20,710 nucleotides of DNA from an uncultured bacterium (lineage in GTDB: Bacteria > UBP14 > UBA6098 > B30-G16). Position 1 is the stretch's first letter. Each line of letters begins with the position of its first letter. The notes beneath the pieces are model-generated. The model ran no database searches. It worked only from the letters and a program-made list of their open reading frames with translations, and was not told the DNA's origin. The DNA is taken from assembly GCA_965552135.1 (NCBI GenBank), contig CBEVQY010000038.1:1-20710 (forward strand). The letters run 5' to 3'. The position numbers were made by a program, and so were the translations under genes. Below, one piece after another: positions 1-8,076 of the stretch.

Positions 1-369
1 GCTGATGGCGGCGACTCAGCCCGTATCGTCGCCGCAGCCAAGGCGGGGGATGTATATCTTTCGCGGAGGATGCCCGACAGCGCCCTCGCGGTTGTGGGGG
101 CGCTTGATCTGCCCGATTCGGTCTTGCTGCCCGCCGAGCTTGAGCTCGTCAGGGTTCGTGCGCTTGAGGGTGTTGGGAAGCACGGCGCTGCGCTTATCGC
201 CGCCGCCGCGATGGAGGTGAGATATTCCGGTACGAGCTGGGCGAAGCGCGCACGCGCCCTGGCAAAGTCCATCGAGGCGGGGCTTGCGCTGATATTCATC
301 GGCAGGACAGGCGAACAAACACAGGGCGCAAAGCAACCCCCCGCCGCCCCAAAAAAGCAGGCGCAATGA
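1..369 (+). CDS. 5'-truncated helical, TPR-like protein (C-terminal part)
   Basis: Frame 1 is open from base 1 (ADGGDSARIVAAAKAGDVYLSRRMPDSAL...). It has an Ala/Leu-rich helical pattern and a 'RYSGTSWAKRARAL' segment resembling TPR capping helices. The stop overlaps the queH start (ATGA 366-369). Confidence 0.5.
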   Translation, partial: ADGGDSARIVAAAKAGDVYLSRRMPDSALAVVGALDLPDSVLLPAELELVRVRALEGVGKHGAALIAAAAMEVRYSGTSWAKRARALAKSIEAGLALIFIGRTGEQTQGAKQPPAAPKKQAQ

Positions 370-953
370 ACGTGCTACTACACATCTGCTGCGCCCCGTG
401 CGCTCTGTATCCAATAAAAGCCTTGCGGGAGGAAGGGCACGAGGTTGTGGGCTTCTGGTTCAACCCGAACGTTCACCCGTACCTCGAGTACCGCAAGCGC
501 CTTTGGGAGGTAAGGCGCATTTCGCGCGAGCTTGACTTCGAGCTTATCGAGCGCGACATCTACAGCTTGGTTCCCTTTCTGCGCAAGGTGCTCAACCCGC
601 CTGCGGGGCACACGAGATGCGAGGTCTGCTACGCGCTGCGGCTGGAGCAGACGGCGCGAACGGCAAAGGCGAGGGGTTTTGGCGCCTTCACGACGACCCT
701 TCTGCACTCAAAATACCAGCGACACGACGCCCTGCGAGGCATAGGCGAGGAGGTGTCGCGTCGGTTCGGGGTGCGCTTTCTATACCGCGACTTCCGCGAG
801 GGCTGGAGCGAAGGGCTTGACCTTTCGCGCAAGTTCAAGCTCTACCGCCAACAGTACTGCGGGTGCGTTGTGAGCGAGTTCGAGAGGTTCTTCAGGGTCG
901 CCGACGCGGTTTTGGAGAGGTTCGAGTGGGTTCCGCGCCCGAGGACGGAGTGA
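366..953 (+). CDS. queH: Epoxyqueuosine reductase QueH (DUF208)
   Basis: Motifs LLHICCAPC, FNPNVHP..EY..R, RCEVCY..RLE.TA, FTTTL and YRQQYCGC are characteristic of the family. Confidence 0.92.
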   Translation: MNVLLHICCAPCALYPIKALREEGHEVVGFWFNPNVHPYLEYRKRLWEVRRISRELDFELIERDIYSLVPFLRKVLNPPAGHTRCEVCYALRLEQTARTAKARGFGAFTTTLLHSKYQRHDALRGIGEEVSRRFGVRFLYRDFREGWSEGLDLSRKFKLYRQQYCGCVVSEFERFFRVADAVLERFEWVPRPRTE

Positions 954-959
954 GGGGCG

Positions 960-1676
960 ATGTGTGCGAGGATCATAAGGTTTGCGGCTTTGTCGGCGCT
1001 TTGCGTCGCAGCATTCGCATCCGGCGCGGACGAAAGACCGCCCCTTGTGAGGGGAGTTATGACGGTGCACTTTCCGCTTGGCGCCCTGCCCGCCGACTCC
1101 GCAGGAAGAAGCTTCTTCTGGATACCGATCCCCGAGATGGGGTTCGAGGTCGTGCCCACGATGCCGTTCCCGACGGGAGGCGGATGGTGGGAGTTCCCGA
1201 TACACATCCTCACGCTCTTCCCGTTTTTGGACAAATACGGCTCGCTGGGCGATGTTTCGATTGGCGCGGGCTTTCGGGTGCCGCCCATCTACTGCTTCTG
1301 CGTGTCGTACAGGTTCCTTGGCGGCAGGTTCTACCCTATGGACGGCAGGTTCTACGCCCACGTAGTTGGTGCGGAGATAGCGCTTCCCATCCGGGGTTTT
1401 TCCGCCGCAGGCGCATCGCTCGATTGGGTCGTTGCCTCGAACCTCGACCTCGGGGCACCGTACACACGGGGCGGCAAAAGCTACGATCACTACGAGGGCA
1501 GCGCCTTCGCAATAGCGCCGTACTGGAGGTTTGAGCTCAGGTACGGCGTGCTCAGGGTTTCGTATCGGGTTGTGGTTTCGTCGCGCTTTTCGGCGACGTC
1601 GACACAAACGCAGACAAGCTACAGCCCCAAAACCAGGTCGGTTTCAGCGTTCGAGCTGAGGTACGAGTACCCGTAG
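960..1676 (+). CDS. Hypothetical exported protein, probable outer-membrane beta-barrel
   Basis: Signal peptide (MCARIIRFAALSALCVAAFA), GAGGGG RBS, and amphipathic aromatic beta-strand patterns (YWRFELRYGVLRVSYRVV, FELRYEY). Confidence 0.55.
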   Translation: MCARIIRFAALSALCVAAFASGADERPPLVRGVMTVHFPLGALPADSAGRSFFWIPIPEMGFEVVPTMPFPTGGGWWEFPIHILTLFPFLDKYGSLGDVSIGAGFRVPPIYCFCVSYRFLGGRFYPMDGRFYAHVVGAEIALPIRGFSAAGASLDWVVASNLDLGAPYTRGGKSYDHYEGSAFAIAPYWRFELRYGVLRVSYRVVVSSRFSATSTQTQTSYSPKTRSVSAFELRYEYP

Positions 1677-1728
1677 ACCGCGCGGCAATGCGGGTCAACC
1701 TGTTCGCTGATCCAGCGCGGAAGAGCCC

Positions 1729-3066
1729 TCATCCCAAAAGCTTGCTCTTAGCCTTCTCCAGGAGGGTTTTTGCCTTATCCTCGTTGCTGCTTTCGACTAT
1801 GATCCTCACCACGGGCTCTGTGTTGGACGGGCGGATGTGGACGAAGCCGTCTTCGAGGGGCGCCCAGACCCCGTCGGTGCGGTCGACGCCTTCAAGCGAA
1901 AGCTCGCCCGCGATCCTTTCGGCAACGGGCGCGAAATCGCCCTCGAAGGGGACTTTGTCCTTGAGCATCACCCTTTTGGGGAACTGCGCCACAATCTGCG
2001 ATAGGGGCTTTTTCCGCAGCGCGAGGAGCGAGAGCACCAAAGCCGCCGCCGTTGCCGCATCGCGGACGGGGTGCATCGCGGGAACTATCACCCCCCCGTT
2101 GCCCTCGCCGCCTACGGGGCTTCCAAGCTCAAGCATCTTGCGCGAAACCCAATACTCCCCCACGGGCACGCGGTAGACCTTGGCGCCGTGGCGCTTCGCC
2201 ACCCAGTCGACGAGGGTGCTTGTGGAGAGATTGACCACGATGCTTTTTGCGCCGCTTGCCAGAACGTGCTCTGCGGCAAGCGCCAGCGTGAACTCCTCCC
2301 CAACTGCTACGCCGCGCTCGTCGACCAGGGCGAGCCTGTCGGCGTCGGGATCTGTGGCAAGACCCACGTCGGCGCCGAAGTCCCCAACAAGCTCACAGAG
2401 CATCCCGAGGTTTTCGGCAACGGGCTCGGGGTCGTGGATGAAGTACCCCTTCAGGCTGTCGCCTATGGCGGAGACGGTCGTTCCGAGCTTTGCCAGAAGG
2501 GGTATCATCACCCTTGGTCCTGCGCCGCCCACGCCGTCGTAGGCGACCTTAAGCCCTGCCTCGAGCACTGCGTCGGCGTCGACCCAGGGGAGGGAGAGGA
2601 TCCTCCCTATGTGATCCGCCACAGCTGCGCCGGCGTCCTCCGCCGAGCCGACCTCGTTGTGCGGCGCCCACGCTACCTTCGGCGGATTTCCCAAATCGAC
2701 CCTGCTCCAGAAGTCGGGGGGCAAAAAGAGCCCATCGGGACCGATGAGCTTGAGGGCGTTCCACCTCTGCGGGTTGTGCGATGCCGTGATGGCTATTCCA
2801 CCGGCTGCCCCAAGCCGCTTCGTGCAGAACGCAACAGTCGGCGTTGGGACGACGCCCAAAAGCTTGACATCCCTGCCCACCAGCCGCAAAAAGCCCTCGC
2901 AAAGCCTCTCCAAAGGCTCACCGGAGGGTCTTGTGTCCCTGCCTATAACGACTGCTCCGTCGGGGATGTGTTCCACGAAGTGCCGGAGGATCGAGATGAC
3001 CACATCGGGCGTCAGGCTTTCGCCAACAATCCCGCGCGCGCCGGATATCGAGAGCTTGAGGCTCAT
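1729..3066 (-). CDS. glmM: Phosphohexomutase (phosphoglucosamine mutase / phosphomannomutase family)
   Basis: N-terminal SISGARG, GRDTR, catalytic TASHNP, metal loop DPDADR, GGEGNGG, and C-terminal IRPSNTEP. Start placed at ATG 3066. Substrate specificity is not certain. Confidence 0.85.
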   Translation of the reverse strand: MSLKLSISGARGIVGESLTPDVVISILRHFVEHIPDGAVVIGRDTRPSGEPLERLCEGFLRLVGRDVKLLGVVPTPTVAFCTKRLGAAGGIAITASHNPQRWNALKLIGPDGLFLPPDFWSRVDLGNPPKVAWAPHNEVGSAEDAGAAVADHIGRILSLPWVDADAVLEAGLKVAYDGVGGAGPRVMIPLLAKLGTTVSAIGDSLKGYFIHDPEPVAENLGMLCELVGDFGADVGLATDPDADRLALVDERGVAVGEEFTLALAAEHVLASGAKSIVVNLSTSTLVDWVAKRHGAKVYRVPVGEYWVSRKMLELGSPVGGEGNGGVIVPAMHPVRDAATAAALVLSLLALRKKPLSQIVAQFPKRVMLKDKVPFEGDFAPVAERIAGELSLEGVDRTDGVWAPLEDGFVHIRPSNTEPVVRIIVESSNEDKAKTLLEKAKSKLLG

Positions 3067-3075
3067 CGCAAAAAC

Positions 3076-3104
3076 AAAATAGCTTCCCCGGCGCCTGCGG
3101 GCAA
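3076..3104 (-). promoter_or_regulatory. Putative sigma70 promoter for the mutase gene
   Basis: TTGCCC-N17-TATTTT on the minus strand, ending 9 nt before the ATG. No Shine-Dalgarno (SD) sequence. Confidence 0.4.
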
Positions 3105-3120
3105 GGGGTAGCTTTTGCGC

Positions 3121-3152
3121 TTGACAGACGCAGCATTTGGGCGTTTTATGTT
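3121..3152 (+). promoter_or_regulatory. Putative sigma70 promoter for accD
   Basis: TTGACA at 3121-3126 followed by TTTTAT (17-nt spacer) or TATGTT (3147-3152), just upstream of ATG 3158. Confidence 0.4.
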
Positions 3153-3157
3153 TGGCG

Positions 3158-4030
3158 ATGCTTTGGTTTAAGAAAAAGCGGGGGGTGGAGCCCCAGCGAC
3201 CCAAGGAGGTCCCCGAGGGGCTTTGGCTCAAATGCGACCAGTGCGGCGAGATCATCTACAAAAAGCAGCTTGATCGAACTTTCTGGACCTGCCCCCACTG
3301 CGGGTTCCACTTCAGGGTCACAAGCGATTACTACATCCGCATCCTGCTTGACGACGGTCAGTTCGAGGAGTACGACGCCAACATAAGGTCTGTCGATCCA
3401 CTCAGGTTCAGGGACAGCAAACGCTACCCGGAACGCCTCGCCGCCGCGATGAAGAAAACGGGGCTTACGGAGGCGATAAGGGTTGGGATCGGGAAGATAG
3501 ACAACATCCCCGTAAGCTTCGGTGTTATGGACTTTCGCTTCATAGGCGGCAGCATGGGCTCGGTCGTTGGTGAGCGGGTTGCCAGGGCAATAGAGCGCGC
3601 CCTGGAGCGGAAGATTCCTCTCGTCATAGTCTCCGCCTCGGGCGGCGCAAGGATGCAGGAGGGAATACTCTCCCTCATGCAGATGGCTAAAACCGCCGCC
3701 CTTTTGGCAAAGCTCGACGACGAAAGGATTCCCTACATCTCCGTCCTCACGAACCCGACGACGGCGGGCGTCATGGCAAGCTACGCCTCCTTAGGCGATG
3801 TGATCATAGCCGAGCCGAAGGCGCTTTTGGGCTTTGCAGGACCAAGGGTCATCCAGCAGACGATAGGTCAGGAGCTTCCCGAGGGTTTCCAGAGCTCCGA
3901 GTTCTTCCAGGAGCACGGCTTTGTCGACGCAGTCGTTCCCCGGCCGAAACTGCGCGAAAGCGTGGCACTCCTTCTGCGATACCTCTACAGACCCGCAGAC
4001 CAAATCCCATCGATGCTCTTCGGGAAATAA
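3158..4030 (+). CDS. accD: Acetyl-CoA carboxylase carboxyltransferase beta subunit
   Basis: VPEGLWLKCDQC...CPHC zinc ribbon, MDFRFIGGSMGSVVGE, SGGARMQEG, GFAGPRVIQQT and LPEGFQSSEF. Confidence 0.97.
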   Translation: MLWFKKKRGVEPQRPKEVPEGLWLKCDQCGEIIYKKQLDRTFWTCPHCGFHFRVTSDYYIRILLDDGQFEEYDANIRSVDPLRFRDSKRYPERLAAAMKKTGLTEAIRVGIGKIDNIPVSFGVMDFRFIGGSMGSVVGERVARAIERALERKIPLVIVSASGGARMQEGILSLMQMAKTAALLAKLDDERIPYISVLTNPTTAGVMASYASLGDVIIAEPKALLGFAGPRVIQQTIGQELPEGFQSSEFFQEHGFVDAVVPRPKLRESVALLLRYLYRPADQIPSMLFGK

Positions 4031-4036
4031 AAAAAC

Positions 4037-4110
4037 TGGCGGGGGAAGGATTCGAACCTTCGACCTCCGGGTTATGAGCCCGGCGAGCTACCTGACTGCT
4101 CCACCCCGCG
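4037..4110 (-). tRNA. Initiator tRNA-Met (CAT), CCA end not encoded
   Basis: The reverse complement folds as a cloverleaf: CGCGGGG acceptor with C1xC72 mismatch, D arm GAGC/GCTC, anticodon stem CCGGG-CTCATAA-CCCGG with three consecutive G-C pairs, T loop TTCGAAT, discriminator A73. Confidence 0.96.
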
Positions 4111-4115
4111 CCAGC

Positions 4116-4149
4116 AATTTATAAATACCGACAAAACGCCGCTTGTCAA
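4116..4149 (-). promoter_or_regulatory. Putative tRNA promoter
   Basis: TTGACA (4149-4144) followed by an AT-rich TATTTATAAATT block just upstream of the tRNA 5' end. Confidence 0.5.
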
Positions 4150-4197
4150 GGGTAAATTTGCCCGCCCGGGAGTCTGGGGCGACAGGGTGAGCTTTGG

Positions 4198-5163
4198 CTA
4201 CCTCTTGTATCCAAGCTGGGCTATGAGTTTGTCGTTTTCGAACCAGTTTTTCCGCACCTTCACCCAGAGTTCGAGGAAGACCTTTTGTCCGAATATCTGT
4301 TCGAGTTCGAGGCGTGCCTGAGTGCCTATCGATTTTATCCTTTTGCCCCCTCTTCCGATGACGAGCGCCTTCTGCCCGGGGCGCGCGACGATTATGGTAG
4401 CCCTTATGTGCAGGATGTCGGGGTTGTTCTCGAGCGGACCGAAGTGTTCGATCTCGACGGCGGTGTGGTAGGGCACCTCCTGGTGCACCGCCATTATGAT
4501 CTTTTCGCGTATGATTTCTGCGGCTATTTCGTCGGGGCGCTGGTCGGTTATCGTTTCGGGTTCGAAGAATGGCGGACCCTGCGGCAAAAGCTCCACAAGG
4601 CGGTCTACGAACTCGTCGACGTTCGTTCCCATAAGGGCGCTTATGGGAACGATGTGTGCGGGCTTTTTTACCTCGGCGATCCTCGCCTCGATCTGCTCAA
4701 GCTCCACCTCGGGCGCGACATCTATCTTGTTCACCGCAACGATCAGGGGCGCCTTCGATTTCTCGTAGACCTTCTCGAGGATCTCGATGTCCTCGCCCAC
4801 GAGCCCCTCGGTTGCGTCGACGACGAAGGCGTTGACGTCGGAGTCCCTCACGGCGCGGTAGGCGTTCTCCACGAGGACCTCGCCGAGCCTGTGGATCGGC
4901 GAGTGGATCCCCGGCGTGTCGACGAAGACTATCTGGTAGCTTGGGCGGTGGAGGATTCCAAGGATTCTTGTGCGTGTCGTTTGGGGTTTGGGCGTGACGA
5001 TCGAGACCTTTTGACCCAGGATCTTGTTGAGCAGGGTGGACTTCCCCACGTTCGTTCGTCCCAAAAGCGCCACGAAGCCCGACCTGAAGTCGGGGGGAAC
5101 GTCGGGGAAACCATCACCGCTCGACCGGGGTTGTGCATTCCCTGTCCTCGTAGAATCTACCAT
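4198..5163 (-). CDS. era: GTPase Era
   Basis: SGFVALLGRTNVGKSTLLN, KPQTTR, DTPG, NKID, EIIREK and the KH domain (VIGRGG..IK.IG..AR, LWVKV). The start codon is uncertain. Confidence 0.96.
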   Translation of the reverse strand: MVDSTRTGNAQPRSSGDGFPDVPPDFRSGFVALLGRTNVGKSTLLNKILGQKVSIVTPKPQTTRTRILGILHRPSYQIVFVDTPGIHSPIHRLGEVLVENAYRAVRDSDVNAFVVDATEGLVGEDIEILEKVYEKSKAPLIVAVNKIDVAPEVELEQIEARIAEVKKPAHIVPISALMGTNVDEFVDRLVELLPQGPPFFEPETITDQRPDEIAAEIIREKIIMAVHQEVPYHTAVEIEHFGPLENNPDILHIRATIIVARPGQKALVIGRGGKRIKSIGTQARLELEQIFGQKVFLELWVKVRKNWFENDKLIAQLGYKR

Positions 5164-5977
5164 CGTCTACGTTATACCAAAACTCCCTCGGTCCGTCCTT
5201 CACCCAGAAGACCCATCGACCGTCCTTGAGCTGCTGGATGCAGCAGAGGTCGTCCCAAACCCCCCACTCCTTTACGGGCTTTCCCGTAAGCGCATCGACC
5301 CAAAACGACTTCCCGCCCTCCTTCGCCCAGAAAACCCATCTGTTCCCTATCCTATCGATGCAGCAGACCTGGTCGTAGCCCTTCCCAATGGGCTTTCCGG
5401 TTTTTGTGTTTATCCAGAACTCCTTGCTTCCCTTCTGCGCCCAGTAGACCCAGAAGTCGGCGACGGGGATGAGGTCGCCGAGGGCGTTGAACTGACCCCA
5501 GATCTTCTTGCCGCTGGGAATCTCAACCCAGCTCCATATCTTGCCCTCCTTCGCCTGAAAGACCCAAACGTCTTCGGTTTTCTGGATGCAGCAGACGTCG
5601 TCGAAGTATCTTCCTATGGGTTCGCCCGTTCTGCAGTCGATCCAGGCGAACTTGCCGTCCTTCATCGCCTTGAAGACGTAGGTCTTGCCGGCAAACTCTA
5701 TGTTTTCGACGTTGTCGTATTCGCCCCAAATCCTTTTGCCGTCCTTTGTGTTGACCCAGAAGTACTTTGCACCAAGCATCGCGGGGAACACCCACTCCTT
5801 GCCGTCCCACTGGAGCTTGCCGACCCAGTCGTAGGTGCCCCACTCGGAGATCTTCCTGCCCGTTACCCTGTCGATGAAGAACCTGTCGGTCTCGTTTCTT
5901 ATGATGCGTGTGGTGTCGACCTCAAAAGCCAGGCAAAGCGCCGGAACAAGCCAAAGCGAAAGCCAAAAGCCCCTCAT
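5114..5977 (-). CDS. Secreted Trp-rich ~38-40 aa repeat protein (WG-repeat-like, all-beta)
   Basis: AAGGAGGAG RBS before ATG 5977, a signal peptide, and about 6.5 repeats of F-W-[IV]-[DN]-x-x-[TS]-G-K-x-I...[YF]-D-x-V-x-x-I...W-V-F-x-A-K. Confidence 0.75.
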   Translation of the reverse strand: MRGFWLSLWLVPALCLAFEVDTTRIIRNETDRFFIDRVTGRKISEWGTYDWVGKLQWDGKEWVFPAMLGAKYFWVNTKDGKRIWGEYDNVENIEFAGKTYVFKAMKDGKFAWIDCRTGEPIGRYFDDVCCIQKTEDVWVFQAKEGKIWSWVEIPSGKKIWGQFNALGDLIPVADFWVYWAQKGSKEFWINTKTGKPIGKGYDQVCCIDRIGNRWVFWAKEGGKSFWVDALTGKPVKEWGVWDDLCCIQQLKDGRWVFWVKDGPREFWYNVDDGRFYEDRECTTPVER

Positions 5978-6067
5978 TGCCCTCCTCCTTGTCCTGGTTT
6001 GTCCCAAAGATATGGGAGAGCGGGCGTTTGTGCAACAAAATTTGCAGCGCAAGCGCAAGCAAAAAGC

Positions 6068-6095
6068 TTGACTTCGCTCGCCCGAGGGGTAGACT
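6068..6095 (+). promoter_or_regulatory. Putative sigma70 promoter for suhB
   Basis: TTGACT-N16-TAGACT, 6 nt upstream of GTG 6102. Confidence 0.5.
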
Positions 6096-6101
6096 AATCG
6101 A

Positions 6102-6953
6102 GTGGGGTGCGATATGCGCGGCGATGTTGCCAGAGATAGCGGCGATTTTGAGGGCGTGGGGTTTTCGCAGCAGGAGCTTTCGAGGATTCTCCACTTTGCC
6201 CAGGGCGTTGCGCTTGAGGCGGGTGAGCTTGTTCGCACAGCGTTCTGCCGGAGGAAGGAGGTGGCGGTAAAGTCGGGGAGGGAGCTTGTTACGTTGGCTG
6301 ACATAGCCTCGGAGCGACTTATCTCGCAGAAGATCAGGGATGAGTTCCCGCAGCATCGGATACTCTCCGAGGAGCTTTGCTCGGACGAGCTTTTGTCGGC
6401 ACCGTGCCTGTGGGTGGTCGATCCCCTCGATGGGACCAACAACTTCGCGCACGGCTTCCCCTTCTTCTGCATATCGATAGCCTTTGTGCACTGCGGCTTG
6501 TTGCAGGTTGGCGTGGTTTACGACCCTCTGCGCAGAGAGATGTTTTGGGCAACTGCGTTCTCCGACGCCTTTCTCAACGGCGACAGGATAGTGGTGTCGC
6601 AGGTGGGGGAGCTTTCCCGCGCGCTTGTTGCCACAGGCTTTCCGTACGACAGGACTCCCGTGGGCGAGAGTAACGTCGACAACTTCGTGAGGTTCGCCTA
6701 CGTGGTTCAGGGCATAAGGCGAGCGGGGTCTGCTGCGCTTGATTTGTGTTACGTTGCCTGCGGCAGACTCGACGGCTTTTGGGAGCTTCGCCTCCGCCCG
6801 TGGGATATGGCCGCCGGCGCGCTTATAGTCCGAAGGGCTGGCGGGGTTGCAACCGACTTCGACGGCGCGGAATGGACGCTTCGCTCCGACAGGATCGTTG
6901 CGGCGAACCCCAAGCTTCACCCGAAGATGCTGGAGCTTTTGAGGATGCGCTGA
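6102..6953 (+). CDS. suhB: Inositol monophosphatase family protein
   Basis: VT.AD..SE, ILSEE, WVVDPLDGTNNFAHG, ATGFPY, RRAGSAALDLCYVACGRLDGFWE and PWDMAAG. Start is GTG 6102 or ATG 6114. Confidence 0.93.
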   Translation: MGCDMRGDVARDSGDFEGVGFSQQELSRILHFAQGVALEAGELVRTAFCRRKEVAVKSGRELVTLADIASERLISQKIRDEFPQHRILSEELCSDELLSAPCLWVVDPLDGTNNFAHGFPFFCISIAFVHCGLLQVGVVYDPLRREMFWATAFSDAFLNGDRIVVSQVGELSRALVATGFPYDRTPVGESNVDNFVRFAYVVQGIRRAGSAALDLCYVACGRLDGFWELRLRPWDMAAGALIVRRAGGVATDFDGAEWTLRSDRIVAANPKLHPKMLELLRMR

Positions 6954-6964
6954 GGCGCCCGTCG

Positions 6965-7573
6965 TTGCGCGATAGGCTGCTTTTCTGGCTTGGGGAGAGG
7001 GTTTTGCCCCTGGCGATAAGGCTTTTGGGCGCCACGTGGCGTCTTAGGATCCACGGGGGCGATGTGGTTTGGCGCGGCAGGGGCGCCGTCTTCCCCTTCT
7101 GGCACGGTCACATCCTCCCGCTCGCCTACGCCTTCCGCGGAAGCGGCGTCAAGATCCTCATAAGCCTCTCCCGCGACGGCGAGGTTATAGCGCGAGCGGT
7201 AAGGCGGCTTGGCTTTGGCGCAGTGAGGGGTTCGTCGTCGCGCGGGGGAGCGAAGGCGGTTCTGGCGATGCTGGGTGAGCTTTCGCGCGGCGGAAGGATT
7301 GGCATAACCCCCGACGGTCCACGTGGACCCGGCTACGTCGTCAAGGACGGTCTTGTTTCGCTTGCGCGCAAAAGCGGCGCGTGGATCTTCCCCGTGCTTG
7401 TCCGCGCAAAGCCCGCCGTAAGGCTCAAAAGCTGGGACCGCTTCGTCATACCCCTCCCCTTCGCCAGGGTAGACGTCTACGTTCGCGACGGGATGCGCTT
7501 CTCCGAGTCCGACGACGAGGAATACGTTCTCCGCCGCCTTCAGGAGGCTCTCTCCGTCCCCGACGAGCTCTGA
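6965..7573 (+). CDS. DUF374 / lysophospholipid acyltransferase family protein
   Basis: FWHG, LISLSRDGE, VRGSSSRGG, ITPDGPRGP and SWDRF.IPLPF. The start is uncertain (TTG 6965 after GAGG). Confidence 0.85.
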   Translation: MRDRLLFWLGERVLPLAIRLLGATWRLRIHGGDVVWRGRGAVFPFWHGHILPLAYAFRGSGVKILISLSRDGEVIARAVRRLGFGAVRGSSSRGGAKAVLAMLGELSRGGRIGITPDGPRGPGYVVKDGLVSLARKSGAWIFPVLVRAKPAVRLKSWDRFVIPLPFARVDVYVRDGMRFSESDDEEYVLRRLQEALSVPDEL

Positions 7574-7767
7574 GTCTGCCGCTTTGCCCCCTTGCGCCGA
7601 CGCTGATACACTACCTTCTTCACCGATGCTGGCGCAAGCTCGCCCTCGAGGCTTTCTGAGATGAGCTCATAGCACTTTTGCGCTGTGAAACCCCGGCGGC
7701 GAAGACGACGGTACTCCTTCCTTATCCAGCTGTTTCTGCGGCGAAGGTAACCTCTCCTCGTCTTCAT
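7540..7767 (-). CDS. Small basic putative DNA-binding protein (Mor-like HTH)
   Basis: Strong SD (GAGGAGGT) before ATG 7767. The pattern RN..IR.EY......G......Y..IS......L....V..VV resembles Mor-type HTH domains. Confidence 0.5.
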   Translation of the reverse strand: MKTRRGYLRRRNSWIRKEYRRLRRRGFTAQKCYELISESLEGELAPASVKKVVYQRRRKGAKRQTQSSSGTERAS

Positions 7768-8011
7768 AGCTCCACCTCCTCGAAAGCTTTCGCATAAGTT
7801 TTGTTGTTGCGCCGACCTTTACGCCCTGCCAAGCCCTCGCAAACCTGCGGAGCCTTTTCGACTCAACGCCTATCTGCTCCCACCTGTCCCTGTAGATCGA
7901 GACGAGGACGACCTTCCCCTCGTTTACCTGCTCCAAAAGCTCTACGACCTTTTCGGGCGGCAGCTTTTGGATGATAAGAACGCTTACCCTGCGGACCTTC
8001 TTTTTTGCCAT
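7667..8011 (-). CDS. Small basic hypothetical protein
   Basis: AAAGGAG SD before ATG 8011. Alternating beta/alpha pattern in the first ~75 aa. The low-complexity tail overlaps the next gene by 101 nt. Confidence 0.6.
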   Translation of the reverse strand: MAKKKVRRVSVLIIQKLPPEKVVELLEQVNEGKVVLVSIYRDRWEQIGVESKRLRRFARAWQGVKVGATTKLMRKLSRRWSYEDEERLPSPQKQLDKEGVPSSSPPGFHSAKVL

Positions 8012-8026
8012 AACATCTCCTTTGTG

Positions 8027-8054
8027 TTGACATTTGCGATTTGGGCGTTATTTT
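8027..8054 (+). promoter_or_regulatory. Putative rightward sigma70 promoter for the Sm-like gene
   Basis: TTGACA-N16-TATTTT, followed by an AAAGGAGG SD and ATG 8077. Confidence 0.55.
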
Positions 8055-8076
8055 CCCAGACAGGAAAGGAGGGGCT

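Noticed and set aside
3067..3255. N-terminal extensions in the ORF track for the mutase (and likewise for 5114-6472, 6746, 8597, 11322 and 13772)
   Set aside because: They overlap neighbouring genes or promoters. Family homology, SD position and ATGA coupling indicate the shorter starts.
5114..5977. CRISPR array or DNA-level tandem repeat (recurring AAGACCCA / GATGCAGCAGA)
   Set aside because: The recurrences are degenerate and in frame, explained by the protein repeats.
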